DNA from: Eledone cirrhosa
Taxonomy: Eukaryota
Assembly: GCA_964016885.1 (NCBI GenBank)
Contig: OZ024744.1
Coordinates: forward strand, 128,526,001-128,590,000
Direction of reading: 5' to 3'
Length of the DNA stretch: 64,000 nt
Of this stretch, positions 50,686 to 63,200 are shown piece after piece (positions within the stretch are counted from its first letter, which is position 1; each line of letters begins with the position of its first letter). A program made the position numbers and the translations under genes. The notes below the pieces were generated by a model, which did no database searches, had not been told where the DNA came from, and worked only from the letters and a program-made list of their open reading frames with translations.

Positions 50686-53600
50686 GTTGAGTTTAAGTTA
50701 AGTTGGGATTAAGTTAAGTTGGGGTTAAGTTAAGATGGGGTTAAGTTATGTTGAGGTTAAGTTAAGTTGGGGTTAAATTAAGTTGGGGTTAAGTTAAGTT
50801 GGGGTTAAGTTAAGTTGGGGTTAGGTTAAGTTGGGTTTAAGTTAAGTTGGGGATAAGTTAAGTTGGGGTTAAGTTAAGTTGGGTTTAAGTTAAGTTGGGG
50901 TTAAATTAAGTTGGGGTTAAGTTAAGTTGGGGTTAAATTAAGTTGGGGTTAAGTTAAGTTGGGGTTGAGTGAAGTTGGGGTTAAGTTAAGTTGGGGTTAA
51001 ATTAAGTTGGGGTTAAGTTAAGTTGGGGTTGAGTGAAGTTGGGGTTAAGTTAAGTTGGGGTTAAATTAAGTTGGGGTTAAGTTTAGTTGGGGTTGAGTTA
51101 AGTTGGGGTTAATTTAAGTTGGGGCTAAGTTAATTTGTGGTTAAGTTAAGTTGGGGTTAAGTTAAGTTGGGGTTAAGTTAAGTTGGGGTTGAGTTAAGTT
51201 GGGGTTAAGTTAAGTTGGGTTTAAGTTAAGTTGGGGTTAAATTAAGTTGGGGTTAAATTAAGTTGGGGTTAAGTTAAGTTGGGGGTAAGTTAAGTTGGGG
51301 GCAAGTTAAGTTGGGGTTAAGTTAAGTTGGGGTTAAGTTAAGTTGGGGTTAATTTAAGTTGGGGTTATGTTAAGTTGGGGTTAAGTTAAGTTGGGGTTAA
51401 GTTAAGTTGGGGGTAAGTTACGTTAGGGCTAAGTTAAGTTGGGGTTAAGTTAAGTTGGTGTTAAGTTAAGTTGGGGGTAAGTTACGTTAGGGCTAAGTTA
51501 CGTTGGGGTTAACTTAACCCCAACTTAACTTAACCCCAACTTAACTTAGACCCAACTTAACTGAGCCCCAACTTAACTTAACCCCAACGTAACTTAGCCC
51601 TAACGTAACTTACCCCCAACTTAACTTAACACCAACTTAACTTAACCCCAACTTAACTTACCCCCAACTTAACTTACCCCCAACTTAACTTAACCCCAAC
51701 TTAACTTAACTTAACCCCAACTTAAGTTAAGTTTGGGTTAAGGTTGGGGTTAAATTAAGTTGGGGTTAAGTTAAGTTGGGGTTAAGTTAAGTTGGGGTTA
51801 AGTTAAGTTGGGGGTAAGTTAAGTTGGGGTTAAGTTAAGTTCAGGTTAAGTTAAGTTGGTGTTAAGTTAAGTTGGGGCTGAGTTAAGTTGGGGCTAAGTT
51901 AAGTTGGGTCTAAGTTAAGTTGGGGTTAAGTTAAGTTGGGGTTAAGTTAAGTTGGTTTTAAATTAAGTTGGGGTTAAATTAAGTTGGTGTTAAGTTAAGT
52001 TGGGGTTAAGTTAAGTTGGGGTTAATTAAGTTGGGGTTAAGTTAAGTTGGGGTTAAGTTAATTGGGGTTAAATTAAGTTAGGGTTGAGTTAAGTTGGGGT
52101 TAAGTTAAGTTGGGGTTATATTAAGTTGGGGTTAAGTTAAGTTGGGGTTAAGTAAAGTTGGGGTTCAGTTAAGTTGGGGTTAAGTTAAGTTAGGCTTAAC
52201 TTAAGTTGGGGTTAAGTTAAGTTGGGGGTGAGTTAAGTTGGGGGTAAGTTAAGTTGGGGTTAAGTTAAGTTGGGGTTAAGTTGGGGTTAAGTTAATTTAG
52301 GGTTAAGTTAAGTTGGGGTTGAGTTAAGTTGGGGTTAAGTTAAGTGGTGGTTATGTTAAGTTGGGGTTAAGTTAAGTTGGGGTTAATTTAAATTGGGGTT
52401 AATTTAACTTTGTGGTTAAGTTAATTTGGGGTTAATTTAAGTTGGGGTTAAGTTAAGTTGGGGTTAATTTAATTTGTGGTTAAGTTAAGTTGGGGTTAAG
52501 TTAAGTTGGCGTTGAGTTAAGCTGGGGTTAAGTTAAGTTGGGGTTAAAATAAGTTGGGGTTAAGTTAAGTTGGGGTTGAGTTAAGTTGGGGTTGAGTTAA
52601 TTTGGGGTTAAGTTGGGGTTAACTTAAGTTGGGTTTAATTTAAGTTGGGGTTAAGTTAAGTTGGGGTTATAATTAAGTTGGGGTTAAGTTAAGTTGGGGG
52701 TAAGATAAGTTGGGGTTAAGTTAAGCTGGGGCTAAGTTAAGTTGGGGCTAAGTTAAGTTGGGGCTAAGTTAACTTTGGGTTAAGTTAATTTGGGTTTGAG
52801 TTAAGTTGGGGTTAATTAAGTTGGGGTTAAGTTAAGTTGGGGTTAAGTTAAGTTGGGGTTAAGTTAAGTTGCGGTTAAGTTAAGTTGATGTTAAGTTAAT
52901 TTGGGGTTAAGTTAAGTTGGGGTTAAGTTAAGTTGGGGTTAAGTTAAGGTAGGGTTAAGTTAAGTTGGGGTCAACTTAAGTTGGGGTTAAGTTAAGTTGG
53001 GGTTAACTTAAGTTGGGGTTAAGTTAAGTTGGGGTTAATTTAAGTTGAGGTTAAGTTAAGTTGGTGTTAAGTTAAGTTGGGGCTAAGTTAAGTTGGGGCT
53101 GAGTTAAGTTGGGGCTGAGTTAAGTTGGAGTTAAGTTAAGTTGGGGTTGAGTTAAGTTGCGGTTAAGTTAAGTTGGGGTTAAGTTAAGTTGGGGTTAAGT
53201 TAAGTTGGGGTTTATTTAAGTTGGGGTTCAGTTAATTTGGGGTTAAGTTAAGTTTGGGTTAAGTTGGGGTTAAATTAAGTTGGGGTTAAATTAAGTTGGG
53301 GTTAAGCTAATTTGGGGTTAAGTTAAGTTGGGGTTAATTTAAGTTGGGGTTAAGTTAAGTTGCGGGTAATTTAAGTCGGGGTTAAGTTAAGTTGGGGTTA
53401 AGTTAAGTTGGGGTTAAGTTAAGGTGGGGTTAAGTTAAGTTGGGGGTAAGTTAAGTTGGGGGTAAGTTAAGTTGGGGGTAAGTTAAGTTGGGGTTAAGTT
53501 AAGTCGGGGTTAAGTTAAGTTGGGGTTAAGTTAAGTTGGGGTTAATTTAAGTTGGGGTTAAGTTAAGTTGGGGGTAAGTTAAGTTGGGGGTAAGTTAAGT

Positions 53601-56600
53601 TAGGGTTAAGTTAAGTTGGGGTTGAGTTAAGTTGGGGTTAAGTTAAGTTGGGGTTATGTTAAGTTGGGGTTAAGTTAAGTTGGGGTTAAGTTAAGTTGGG
53701 GTTAAGTTAAGTTGCGGTTAAGTTAAGTTGGGGTTAAATTAAGTTGGGGTTAAGTTAAGTTGGGATTAAGTTAAGTTGGGGTTAAGTTAAGTTGGGGTTA
53801 AGTTAAGTTGGGGTTAAGTTAGATTGTTGTTAAGTTAAGTTGGGGTTAAGTTAAGTTGGGGTTAAGTTAAGTTGGGGTTAATTTAAGTTGGGGTTAAGTT
53901 ATGTCGGGGTTAAGTTGAGTTGGGGTTAAGTTAAGTTGGGGTTAAGTTAAGTTGGGGTTAAGTTAAGTTGGGGTTAAGATAAGTTGGGGTTAAGTTAAGT
54001 TGGGGTTAAATTAAGTTCGGGTTAAGTTAATTTGGGGTTGACTTAAGTTGGGGTTAACTTAAGTTGGGATTAAGTTAAGTTGGGGTTAAGTTAAGTTGGG
54101 GTTAAATTAAGTTCGGGTTAAGTTAAGTTGGGGTTAAGTTAAGTTGGGGTTAAGTTAAGTTGGGGTTAAGTTAGGTTGGGGTTAAGTTAAGTTGGGGGTA
54201 AGTTAAGTTGGGGTTAAGTTAAGTTGGGGTTAAGTTAAGTTGGGGGTAAGTTAAGTTGGGGGTAAGTTAAGTTGGGGTTAATTTAAGTTGGGTCGAATTA
54301 AGTTGGTGTTAAGTTAAGTTGGGGTTAAGTTAAGTTGGGGTTAAGTTAAGTTGGGGTTAAGTTAAGATGGGGTTTAGTTAAGTTGGGGTTAAGTTAAGTT
54401 GGGGTTACGTTAAGTTGGGGGTAAGTTAAGTTGGTGGTAAGTTAAGTTGGGGGTAAGTTAAGATGGGGTTAAATTAAGTTGGGGTTAAGTTAATTTGGGG
54501 TTGACTTAATTTGGGGTTGACTTAAGTTGGGGTTAACTTAAGTTGGGGTTAAGTTAAGATGGGGTTTAGTTAAGTTGGGGTTAAGTTAAGTTGGGGTTTA
54601 GTTAAGTTGGGGTTAAGTTAAGTTGGGGTTAAGTTAAGTTGGTGGTAAGTTAAGTTGGGGGTAAGTTAAGTTGGGGTTAATTTAAGTTGGGTCGAATTAA
54701 GTTGGTGTTAAGTTAAGTTGGGGTTAAGTTAAGTTGGGGTTAAGTTAAGTTGGGGTTAAGTTAAGTTGGGGGTAAGTTAAGTTGGGGGTAAGTTAAGTTG
54801 GGGTTAATTTAAGTTGGGTCGAATTAAGTTGGTGTTAAGTTAAGTTGGGGTTAAGTTAAGTTGGGGTTAAGTTAAGTTGGGGTTGAGTTAAGTCGGGGTT
54901 AAGTTAAGTTGGGGTTATGTTAAGTTGGGGTTAAGTTAAGTTGGGGTTAAGTTAAGTTGGGGTTAAGTTAAGTTGGGGTTAAATTAAGTTGGGGTTAAAT
55001 TAAGTTGGGGTTAAGTTAAGTTGGGGTTATGTTAAGTTGGTGTTAAGTTAAGTTGGGGTTAAGTTAAGTTGGGGTTAAGTTAAGTTGGGGTTAAGTTAGG
55101 TTGGTGTTAAGTTAAGTTGGGGGTAAGTTAAGTTGGGGGTAAGTTAAGTTGGTGTTAAGTTAAGTTGGGGTTAAGTTAAGTTGGGGTTAAGTTAAGTTGG
55201 GTTTAAGTTAAGTTGGGGCTAAGTTAAGTTAGGGCTAAGTTAAGTTGGGGTTAAGTAAAGTTAGGGCTAAGTTAAGTTGGGTTAAGTTAAGTTGGGGTTA
55301 ATTTAACTTGGGGTTACATTAAGTTGAGGTTAAGTTAAGTTGGTGTTAAGTTAAGTTGGGGTTAATTTAAGTTGGGGTTAATTAAGTTGGGGTTAATTTA
55401 AGTTGGGGTTAAGTTAAGTTGGGGTTAATTTCAGTTGGGGTTGAGTTAAGTTGGGGTTAAGTTTAGTTGGGGTTAATTTAAGTTGGGGTTGAGTTAAGTT
55501 GGGGTTAAGTTAAGTTGGGGTTAAGTTATGTTCGGGTTAAGTTAAGTTGCGGCTAAGTTAAGTTGGGTCTAAGTTAAGTTGGGGTTAAGTTAAGTTGGGG
55601 TTAAGTTAAGTGAGGGTTAATTTAAGTTGGGGTTATTTTAAGTTGGGGTTAAGTTAAGTTGGGGTTAAGTTAGGTTGGTGTTAAGTTAAGTTGGGGGTAA
55701 GTTAAGTTGGGGGTAAGTTAAGTTGGTGTTAAGTTAAGTTGGGTTTAAGTTAAGTTGGGGCTAAGTTAAGTTAGGGCTAAGTTAAGTTGGGGCTGAGTTA
55801 AGTTGGGGTTAAGTTAAGTTGGGGTTGAGTTAAGTTGGGGCTAAGTTAAGTTGGGGTTTAGTTAAGTTGGGGTTAAGTTAAGGTGGGGTTAAGTTAAGTT
55901 GGGGTCAACTAAAGTTGGGGTTAAGTTAAGTTGGGGTTAACTTAAGTTGGGGTTAAATTAAGTTGGGGTTAAGTTAAGTTGGGGTTAAGTTAAGTTGGGG
56001 TTAAGTTAAGTTGCGGGTAATTTAAGTTGGGGTTAAGTTAAGTTGGGGTTAAGTTAAGTTGGGGGTAAGTTAAGTTGGGGGTAAGTTAAGTTGGGGTTAA
56101 GTTAAGTTAGGGTTAAGTTAAGTTGGGGTTGAGTTAAGTTGGGGTTAAGTTAAGTTGGGGTTATGTTAAGTTGGGGTTAAGTTAAGTTGGGGTTAATTTA
56201 AGTTGGCGTTAAGTTAAGTTGCGGTTAAGTTAAGTTGGGGTTAAATTAAGTTGGGGTTAAGTTAAGTTGGGATTAAGTTAAGTTGGGGTTAAGTTAAGTT
56301 GGGGTTAAGTTAGATTGTTGTTAAGTTAAGTTGGGGTTAAGTTAAGTTGGGGTTAATTTAAGTTGGGGTTAATTTAAGTTGGGTCTAATTAAGTTGGGGT
56401 TAAGTTAAGTTGGGGTTAAGTTAAGTTGGGGTTAAGTTAAGTTGGGGTTAAGTTAAGTTGCGTTTACGTTAAGTTGGGGGTAAGTTAAGTTGGTGGTAAG
56501 TTAAGTTGGGGGTAAGTTAAGATGGGGTTAAGTTAAGTTGGGGTTAATTTAATTTGGGGTTAAGTTAAGTTAGGGTTAAGTTAAGTTGGGGTTGAGTTAA

Positions 56601-58734
56601 GTCGGGGTTCAGTTAAGTTGGGGTTATGTTAAGTTGGGGTTAAGTTAAGTTGGGGTTAAGTTAAGTTGGGGTTCAATTAAGTTGCGGGTAATTTAAGTTG
56701 GGGTTAAGTTAAGTTGGGGGTACGTTAAGTTGGGGGTAAGTTAAGTTGGGGTTAAGTTAAGTTGGGGTTAAGTTAAGTCGGGGTTAATTTAAGTTGCGGT
56801 TAAGTTAAGTTGGGGTTAAGTTAAGTTGGGGTTAAGTTAAGTTGGGATTAAGTTAAGTTGGGGTTAAGTTAAGTTGGGGTTGAGTTAAGTTGGGGTTAAG
56901 TTAGATTATTGTTAATTTATTTTGGGGTTAAGTTAAGTTGGGGTTAAGTTAAGTTGGGGTTAATTTAAGTTGGGGTTAAGTTAAGTGGGGGTTAAGTTGA
57001 GTTGGGGTTAAGTTAAGTTGGGGTTAAGTTAAGTTGGGGTTAAGATAAGTTGGGGTTAAGTTAAGTTGGGGTTGAGTTAAGTTCGGGTTGAGTTAATTTG
57101 GGGTTAACTTAAGTTGGGGTTAACTTAAGTTGGGGTTAAGTTAAGTTGGGTTTATGTTAAGTTGGGGATAAGTTAAGTTGGGGTTAAGTTAAGTTGGGGT
57201 TCAATTAAGTTGCGGTTAATTTAAGTTGGGGTTAAGTTAAGTTGGGGTTAAGTTAAGTTGGGGTTAAGTTAAGTTGGGGGTAAGTTAAGTTGAGGGTAAG
57301 TCAAGTTGGGGTTAAGTCAAGTTGGGGTTAAGTTAAGTTGGGGTTAAGTTAAGTTGGGGTTGAGTTAAGTTGGGGTTGAGTTAAGTTGGGGTTAAGTTAA
57401 GTTGGGTGTAAGTTAAGTTGGGGTTAAGTTAAGTTGGGGTTAAGTTAAGTTGGGGTTAAGTTAAGTTGGGGGTAAGTTAAGTTGGGGGCAAGTTAAGTTG
57501 GGGTTAAGTTAAGTTGGGGTTAAGTTAAGTTGGGGTTAAGTTAAGTTGGGGTTAAGTTAAGTTGGGGTTAAGTTAATTTGGGGTTAAGTTAAGTTGGGGT
57601 TAAATTAAGTTGGGGGTAAGATAAGTTGGGGCTAAGTTAAGTTGGGGCTAAGTCAAGTTGGGGTTAAGTCAAGTTGAGGTTAACTTAAGTTGGGGTTAAG
57701 TTAAGTTGGGGTTAAGTTAAGTTGGGGTTAAGGTAAGGTGGGGTTAAGTTAAGTTGGGGTTAAGTTAAGTTGGGGTTAAGTTAAGTTGGGGTTAAGTTAA
57801 GTTAGGGTTAATTTCAGTTGGGGTTATGTTAAGTTGGGGTTAAGTTAAGTTGGGGTTAAGTTAAGTTGAGGTTAAGTTAAGTTGGAGTTAAGTTAAGTTG
57901 GGGTTAAGCTAAGTTGGGGTTAAGTTAATTTGCGGTTAAGTTAGGTTGTGGGTTAAGTTAAGTTGGGGTTAAGTTAAGCTGGGGTTAAGTTAGGGTAAGT
58001 TAAGTTGGGGTTAAGTTAAGTTGGGGTTAAGTTAGGTTGGGGTTAAGTTAAGTTGGGGTTAAGTTAAGTTGGGGTTGAGTTAAGTTGGGGTTGAGTTAAG
58101 TTGGGGTTAAGTTAAGTTGGGGTTAAGTTAAGTTGGGGTTAAGTTAAGTTGGGGTTAAGTTAAGTTGGGGGCAAGTTAAGTTGGGGTTAATTTAAGTTGA
58201 GGTTAAGTTAAGTTGGTGTTAAGTTAAGTTGGGGCTAAGTTAAGTTGGGGCTGAGTTAAGTTGGGGCTGAGTTAAGTTGCAGTTAAGTTAAGTTGGGGTT
58301 GAGTTAAGTTGCGGTTAAGTTAAGTTGGGGTTAAGTTAAGTTGGGGTTAAGTTAAGTTGGGGTTTATTTAAGTTGGGGTTCAGTTAATTTGGGGTTAAGT
58401 TAAGTTTGGGTTAAGTTGGGGTTAAATTAAGTTGGGGTTAAATTAAGTTGGGGTTAAGCTAATTTGGGGTTAAGTTAAGTTGGGGTTAATTTAAGTTGGG
58501 GTTAAGTTAAGTTGCGGGTAATTTAAGTCGGGGTTAAGTTAAGTTGGGGTTAAGTTAAGTTGGGGTTAAGTTAAGGTGGGGTTTAGTTAAGTTGGGGTTA
58601 AGTTAAGTTGGGGGTAAGTTAAGTTGGGGGTAAGTTACGTTAGGGCTAAGTTACGTTGGGGTTAAGTTAAGTTGGGGCTCAGTTAAGTTGGGTCTAAGTT
58701 AAGTTGGGGTTAAGTTAAGTTGGGGTTAAGTTAA
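50686..58734 (+). repeat. 16-bp satellite
   Basis: Same consensus; ~55.0-58.6 kb repeats the marker order of ~24.8-28.4 kb (GTCAACTAAAG ~25648/~55904; GTTGCAG 28087/58280). Confidence 0.98.
51513..51725 (-). repeat. Short inverted satellite segment, copy 2
   Basis: Matches 39765-39977 at offset 11748. Confidence 0.97.
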
Positions 58735-59557
58735 CCCCAACGTAACTTAGCCCTAACGTAACTTACCCCCAACTTAACTTAACACCAACTTAACTTAACC
58801 CCAACTTAACTTAGCCCTAACGTAACTTACCCCCAACTTAACTTAACCCCAACTTAACTTAACCCCAACTTAACATAACCCCAACTTAAATTAACCCCAA
58901 CTTAACTTAACCCCAACTTAACTTAACCCCAACTTAACTTGCCCCCAACTTAACTTACCCCCAACTTAACTTAACCCCAACTTAATTTAACCCCAACTTA
59001 ATTTAACCCCAACTTAACTTAAACCCAACTTAACTTAACCCCAACTTAACTCAACCCCAACTTAACTTAACCCCAACTTAACTTAACCCCAACTTAACTT
59101 AACCACAAATTAACTTAGCCCCAACTTAAATTAACCCCAACTTAACTCAACCCCAACTAAACTTAACCCCAACTTAATTTAACCCCAACTTAACTTAACC
59201 CCAACTTCACTCAACCCCAACTTAACTTAACCCCAACTTAATTTAACCCCAACTTAACTTAACCCCAACTTCACTCAACCCCAACTTAACTTAACCCCAA
59301 CTTAATTTAACCCCAACTTAACTTAACCCCAACTTAATTTAACCCCAACTTAACTTAAACCCAACTTAACTTAACCCCAACTTAACTTATCCCCAACTTA
59401 ACTTAAACCCAACTTAACCTAACCCCAACTTAACTTAACCCCAACTTAACTTAACCCCAACTTAATTTAACCCCAACTTAACTTAACCTCAACATAACTT
59501 AACCCCATCTTAACTTAACCCCAACTTAACTTAATCCCAACTTAACTTAAACTCAAC
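58735..59557 (-). repeat. Inverted 16-bp satellite (part of left palindrome arm)
   Basis: (AACTTAACTTAACCCC)n; reverse complement of 60238-61060. Confidence 0.97.
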
Positions 59558-60237
59558 TTGATTATATAAGGTTGTCGAAAAACTTAAAAAAATTGATTAT
59601 ATAAGGTTTTTCGAAAAACCTAAAAAAAATTGATTATATAAGGTCTTTCGAAAAACCTAAAAAAAATTGATTATATAAGGTTTTTCGAAACACCTAGAAA
59701 AATTGATTATATAAGGTATTTCGAAAAATCTAAAAAAAATCAATATTTGAAATAAGATATAAATATTTCTAAAAGTATAAAAAAAATTGATTATATAAGG
59801 TTTTTCTAAAAACGTAAAAAATTGATTATATAAGGTTTTTCGAAAAAACCTAAAAAAAATTGATTATGTAAGGTTTTTCGAAAAACCTAAAAAAAATTGA
59901 TTATATAAGGTTTTTGAAAAACCTTACATAATCAATTTTTTTTAGGTTTTTTCGAAAAACCTTATATAATCAATTTTTTACGTTTTTAGAAAAACCTTAT
60001 ATAATCAATTTTTTTTATACTTTTAGAAATATTTATATCTTATTTCAAATATTGATTTTTTTTAGATTTTTCGAAATACCTTATATAATCAATTTTTCTA
60101 GGTGTTTCGAAAAACCTTATATAATCAATTTTTTTTAGGTTTTTCGAAAGACCTTATATAATCAATTTTTTTTAGGTTTTTCGAAAAACCTTATATAATC
60201 AATTTTTTTAAGTTTTTCGACAACCTTATATAATCAA
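59558..60237. repeat. Head-to-head partial copies of the AT island right arm (37-bp units) at the palindrome centre
   Basis: 59558-59924 is the reverse complement of ~38571-38937; 59916-60237 corresponds to 38616-38937 (offset 21300). Confidence 0.95.
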
Positions 60238-63200
60238 GTTGAGTTTAAGTTAAGTTGGGATTAAGTTAAGTTGGGGTTAAGTTAAGATGGGGTTAAGTTA
60301 TGTTGAGGTTAAGTTAAGTTGGGGTTAAATTAAGTTGGGGTTAAGTTAAGTTGGGGTTAAGTTAAGTTGGGGTTAGGTTAAGTTGGGTTTAAGTTAAGTT
60401 GGGGATAAGTTAAGTTGGGGTTAAGTTAAGTTGGGTTTAAGTTAAGTTGGGGTTAAATTAAGTTGGGGTTAAGTTAAGTTGGGGTTAAATTAAGTTGGGG
60501 TTAAGTTAAGTTGGGGTTGAGTGAAGTTGGGGTTAAGTTAAGTTGGGGTTAAATTAAGTTGGGGTTAAGTTAAGTTGGGGTTGAGTGAAGTTGGGGTTAA
60601 GTTAAGTTGGGGTTAAATTAAGTTGGGGTTAAGTTTAGTTGGGGTTGAGTTAAGTTGGGGTTAATTTAAGTTGGGGCTAAGTTAATTTGTGGTTAAGTTA
60701 AGTTGGGGTTAAGTTAAGTTGGGGTTAAGTTAAGTTGGGGTTGAGTTAAGTTGGGGTTAAGTTAAGTTGGGTTTAAGTTAAGTTGGGGTTAAATTAAGTT
60801 GGGGTTAAATTAAGTTGGGGTTAAGTTAAGTTGGGGGTAAGTTAAGTTGGGGGCAAGTTAAGTTGGGGTTAAGTTAAGTTGGGGTTAAGTTAAGTTGGGG
60901 TTAATTTAAGTTGGGGTTATGTTAAGTTGGGGTTAAGTTAAGTTGGGGTTAAGTTAAGTTGGGGGTAAGTTACGTTAGGGCTAAGTTAAGTTGGGGTTAA
61001 GTTAAGTTGGTGTTAAGTTAAGTTGGGGGTAAGTTACGTTAGGGCTAAGTTACGTTGGGGTTAACTTAACCCCAACTTAACTTAACCCCAACTTAACTTA
61101 GACCCAACTTAACTGAGCCCCAACTTAACTTAACCCCAACGTAACTTAGCCCTAACGTAACTTACCCCCAACTTAACTTAACACCAACTTAACTTAACCC
61201 CAACTTAACTTACCCCCAACTTAACTTACCCCCAACTTAACTTACCCCCAACTTAACTTAACCCCAACTTAACTTAACTTAACCCCAACTTAAGTTAAGT
61301 TTGGGTTAAGGTTGGGGTTAAATTAAGTTGGGGTTAAGTTAAGTTGGGGTTAAGTTAAGTTGGGGTTAAGTTAAGTTGGGGGTAAGTTAAGTTGGGGTTA
61401 AGTTAAGTTCAGGTTAAGTTAAGTTGGTGTTAAGTTAAGTTGGGGCTGAGTTAAGTTGGGGCTAAGTTAAGTTGGGTCTAAGTTAAGTTGGGGTTAAGTT
61501 AAGTTGGGGTTAAGTTAAGTTGGTTTTAAATTAAGTTGGGGTTAAATTAAGTTGGTGTTAAGTTAAGTTGGGGTTAAGTTAAGTTGGGGTTAATTAAGTT
61601 GGGGTTAAGTTAAGTTGGGGTTAAGTTAATTGGGGTTAAATTAAGTTAGGGTTGAGTTAAGTTGGGGTTAAGTTAAGTTGGGGTTATATTAAGTTGGGGT
61701 TAAGTTAAGTTGGGGTTAAGTAAAGTTGGGGTTCAGTTAAGTTGGGGTTAAGTTAAGTTAGGCTTAACTTAAGTTGGGGTTAAGTTAAGTTGGGGGTGAG
61801 TTAAGTTGGGGGTAAGTTAAGTTGGGGTTAAGTTAAGTTGGGGTTAAGTTGGGGTTAAGTTAATTTAGGGTTAAGTTAAGTTGGGGTTGAGTTAAGTTGG
61901 GGTTAAGTTAAGTGGTGGTTATGTTAAGTTGGGGTTAAGTTAAGTTGGGGTTAATTTAAATTGGGGTTAATTTAACTTTGTGGTTAAGTTAATTTGGGGT
62001 TAATTTAAGTTGGGGTTAAGTTAAGTTGGGGTTAATTTAATTTGTGGTTAAGTTAAGTTGGGGTTAAGTTAAGTTGGCGTTGAGTTAAGCTGGGGTTAAG
62101 TTAAGTTGGGGTTAAAATAAGTTGGGGTTAAGTTAAGTTGGGGTTGAGTTAAGTTGGGGTTGAGTTAATTTGGGGTTAAGTTGGGGTTAACTTAAGTTGG
62201 GTTTAATTTAAGTTGGGGTTAAGTTAAGTTGGGGTTATAATTAAGTTGGGGTTAAGTTAAGTTGGGGGTAAGATAAGTTGGGGTTAAGTTAAGCTGGGGC
62301 TAAGTTAAGTTGGGGCTAAGTTAAGTTGGGGCTAAGTTAAGTTGGGGTTAAGTTAACTTTGGGTTAAGTTAATTTGGGTTTGAGTTAAGTTGGGGTTAAT
62401 TAAGTTGGGGTTAAGTTAAGTTGGGGTTAAGTTAAGTTGGGGTTAAGTTAAGTTGCGGTTAAGTTAAGTTGATGTTAAGTTAATTTGGGGTTAAGTTAAG
62501 TTGGGGTTAAGTTAAGTTGGGGTTAAGTTAAGGTAGGGTTAAGTTAAGTTGGGGTCAACTTAAGTTGGGGTTAAGTTAAGTTGGGGTTAACTTAAGTTGG
62601 GGTTAAGTTAAGTTGGGGTTAATTTAAGTTGAGGTTAAGTTAAGTTGGTGTTAAGTTAAGTTGGGGCTAATTTAAGTTGGGGCTGAGTTAAGTTGGGGCT
62701 GAGTTAAGTTGGAGTTAAGTTAAGTTGGGGTTGAGTTAAGTTGCGGTTAAGTTAAGTTGGGGTTAAGTTAAGTTGGGGTTAAGTTAAGTTGGGGTTTATT
62801 TAAGTTGGGGTTCAGTTAATTTGGGGTTAAGTTAAGTTTGGGTTAAGTTGGGGTTAAATTAAGTTGGGGTTAAATTAAGTTGGGGTTAAGCTAATTTGGG
62901 GTTAAGTTAAGTTGGGGGTAAGTTAAGTTGCGGGTAATTTAAGTCGGGGTTAAGTTAAGTTGGGGTTAAGTTAAGTTGGGGTTAAGTTAAGGTGGGGTTT
63001 AGTTAAGTTGGGGTTAAGTTAAGTTGGGGGTAAGTTAAGTTGGGGGTAAGTTAAGTTGGGGGTAAGTTAAGTTGGGGTTAAGTTAAGTCGGGGTTAAGTT
63101 AAGTTGGGGTTAAGTTAAGTTGGGGTTAATTTAAGTTGGGGTTAAGTTAAGTTGGGGGTAAGTTAAGTTGGGGGTAAGTTAAGTTAGGGTTAAGTTAAGT

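Larger units (their letters stand above)
31551..55062 (+). repeat. ~11.74-kb tandem segmental duplication (31551-43314 / 43294-55062) containing satellite, AT island and inversion
   Basis: Offset is 11743 before the island and 11748 after it (net indel +14-9). Private variants are shared (GTTGCTG ~34744/~46487, GGGGGAAAG ~35100/~46843), and the two ORF-track hits are identical at offset 11748. Confidence 0.93.
58615..61180. repeat. ~2.57-kb palindrome: arms 58615-59879 and 59916-61180 (1265 bp each), 36-bp spacer
   Basis: Paired positions sum to 119795 at every point checked (59879/59916, 59865/59930, 59560/60235, 58734/61061, 58615/61180); first mismatch is at 58614/61181. Confidence 0.93.
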
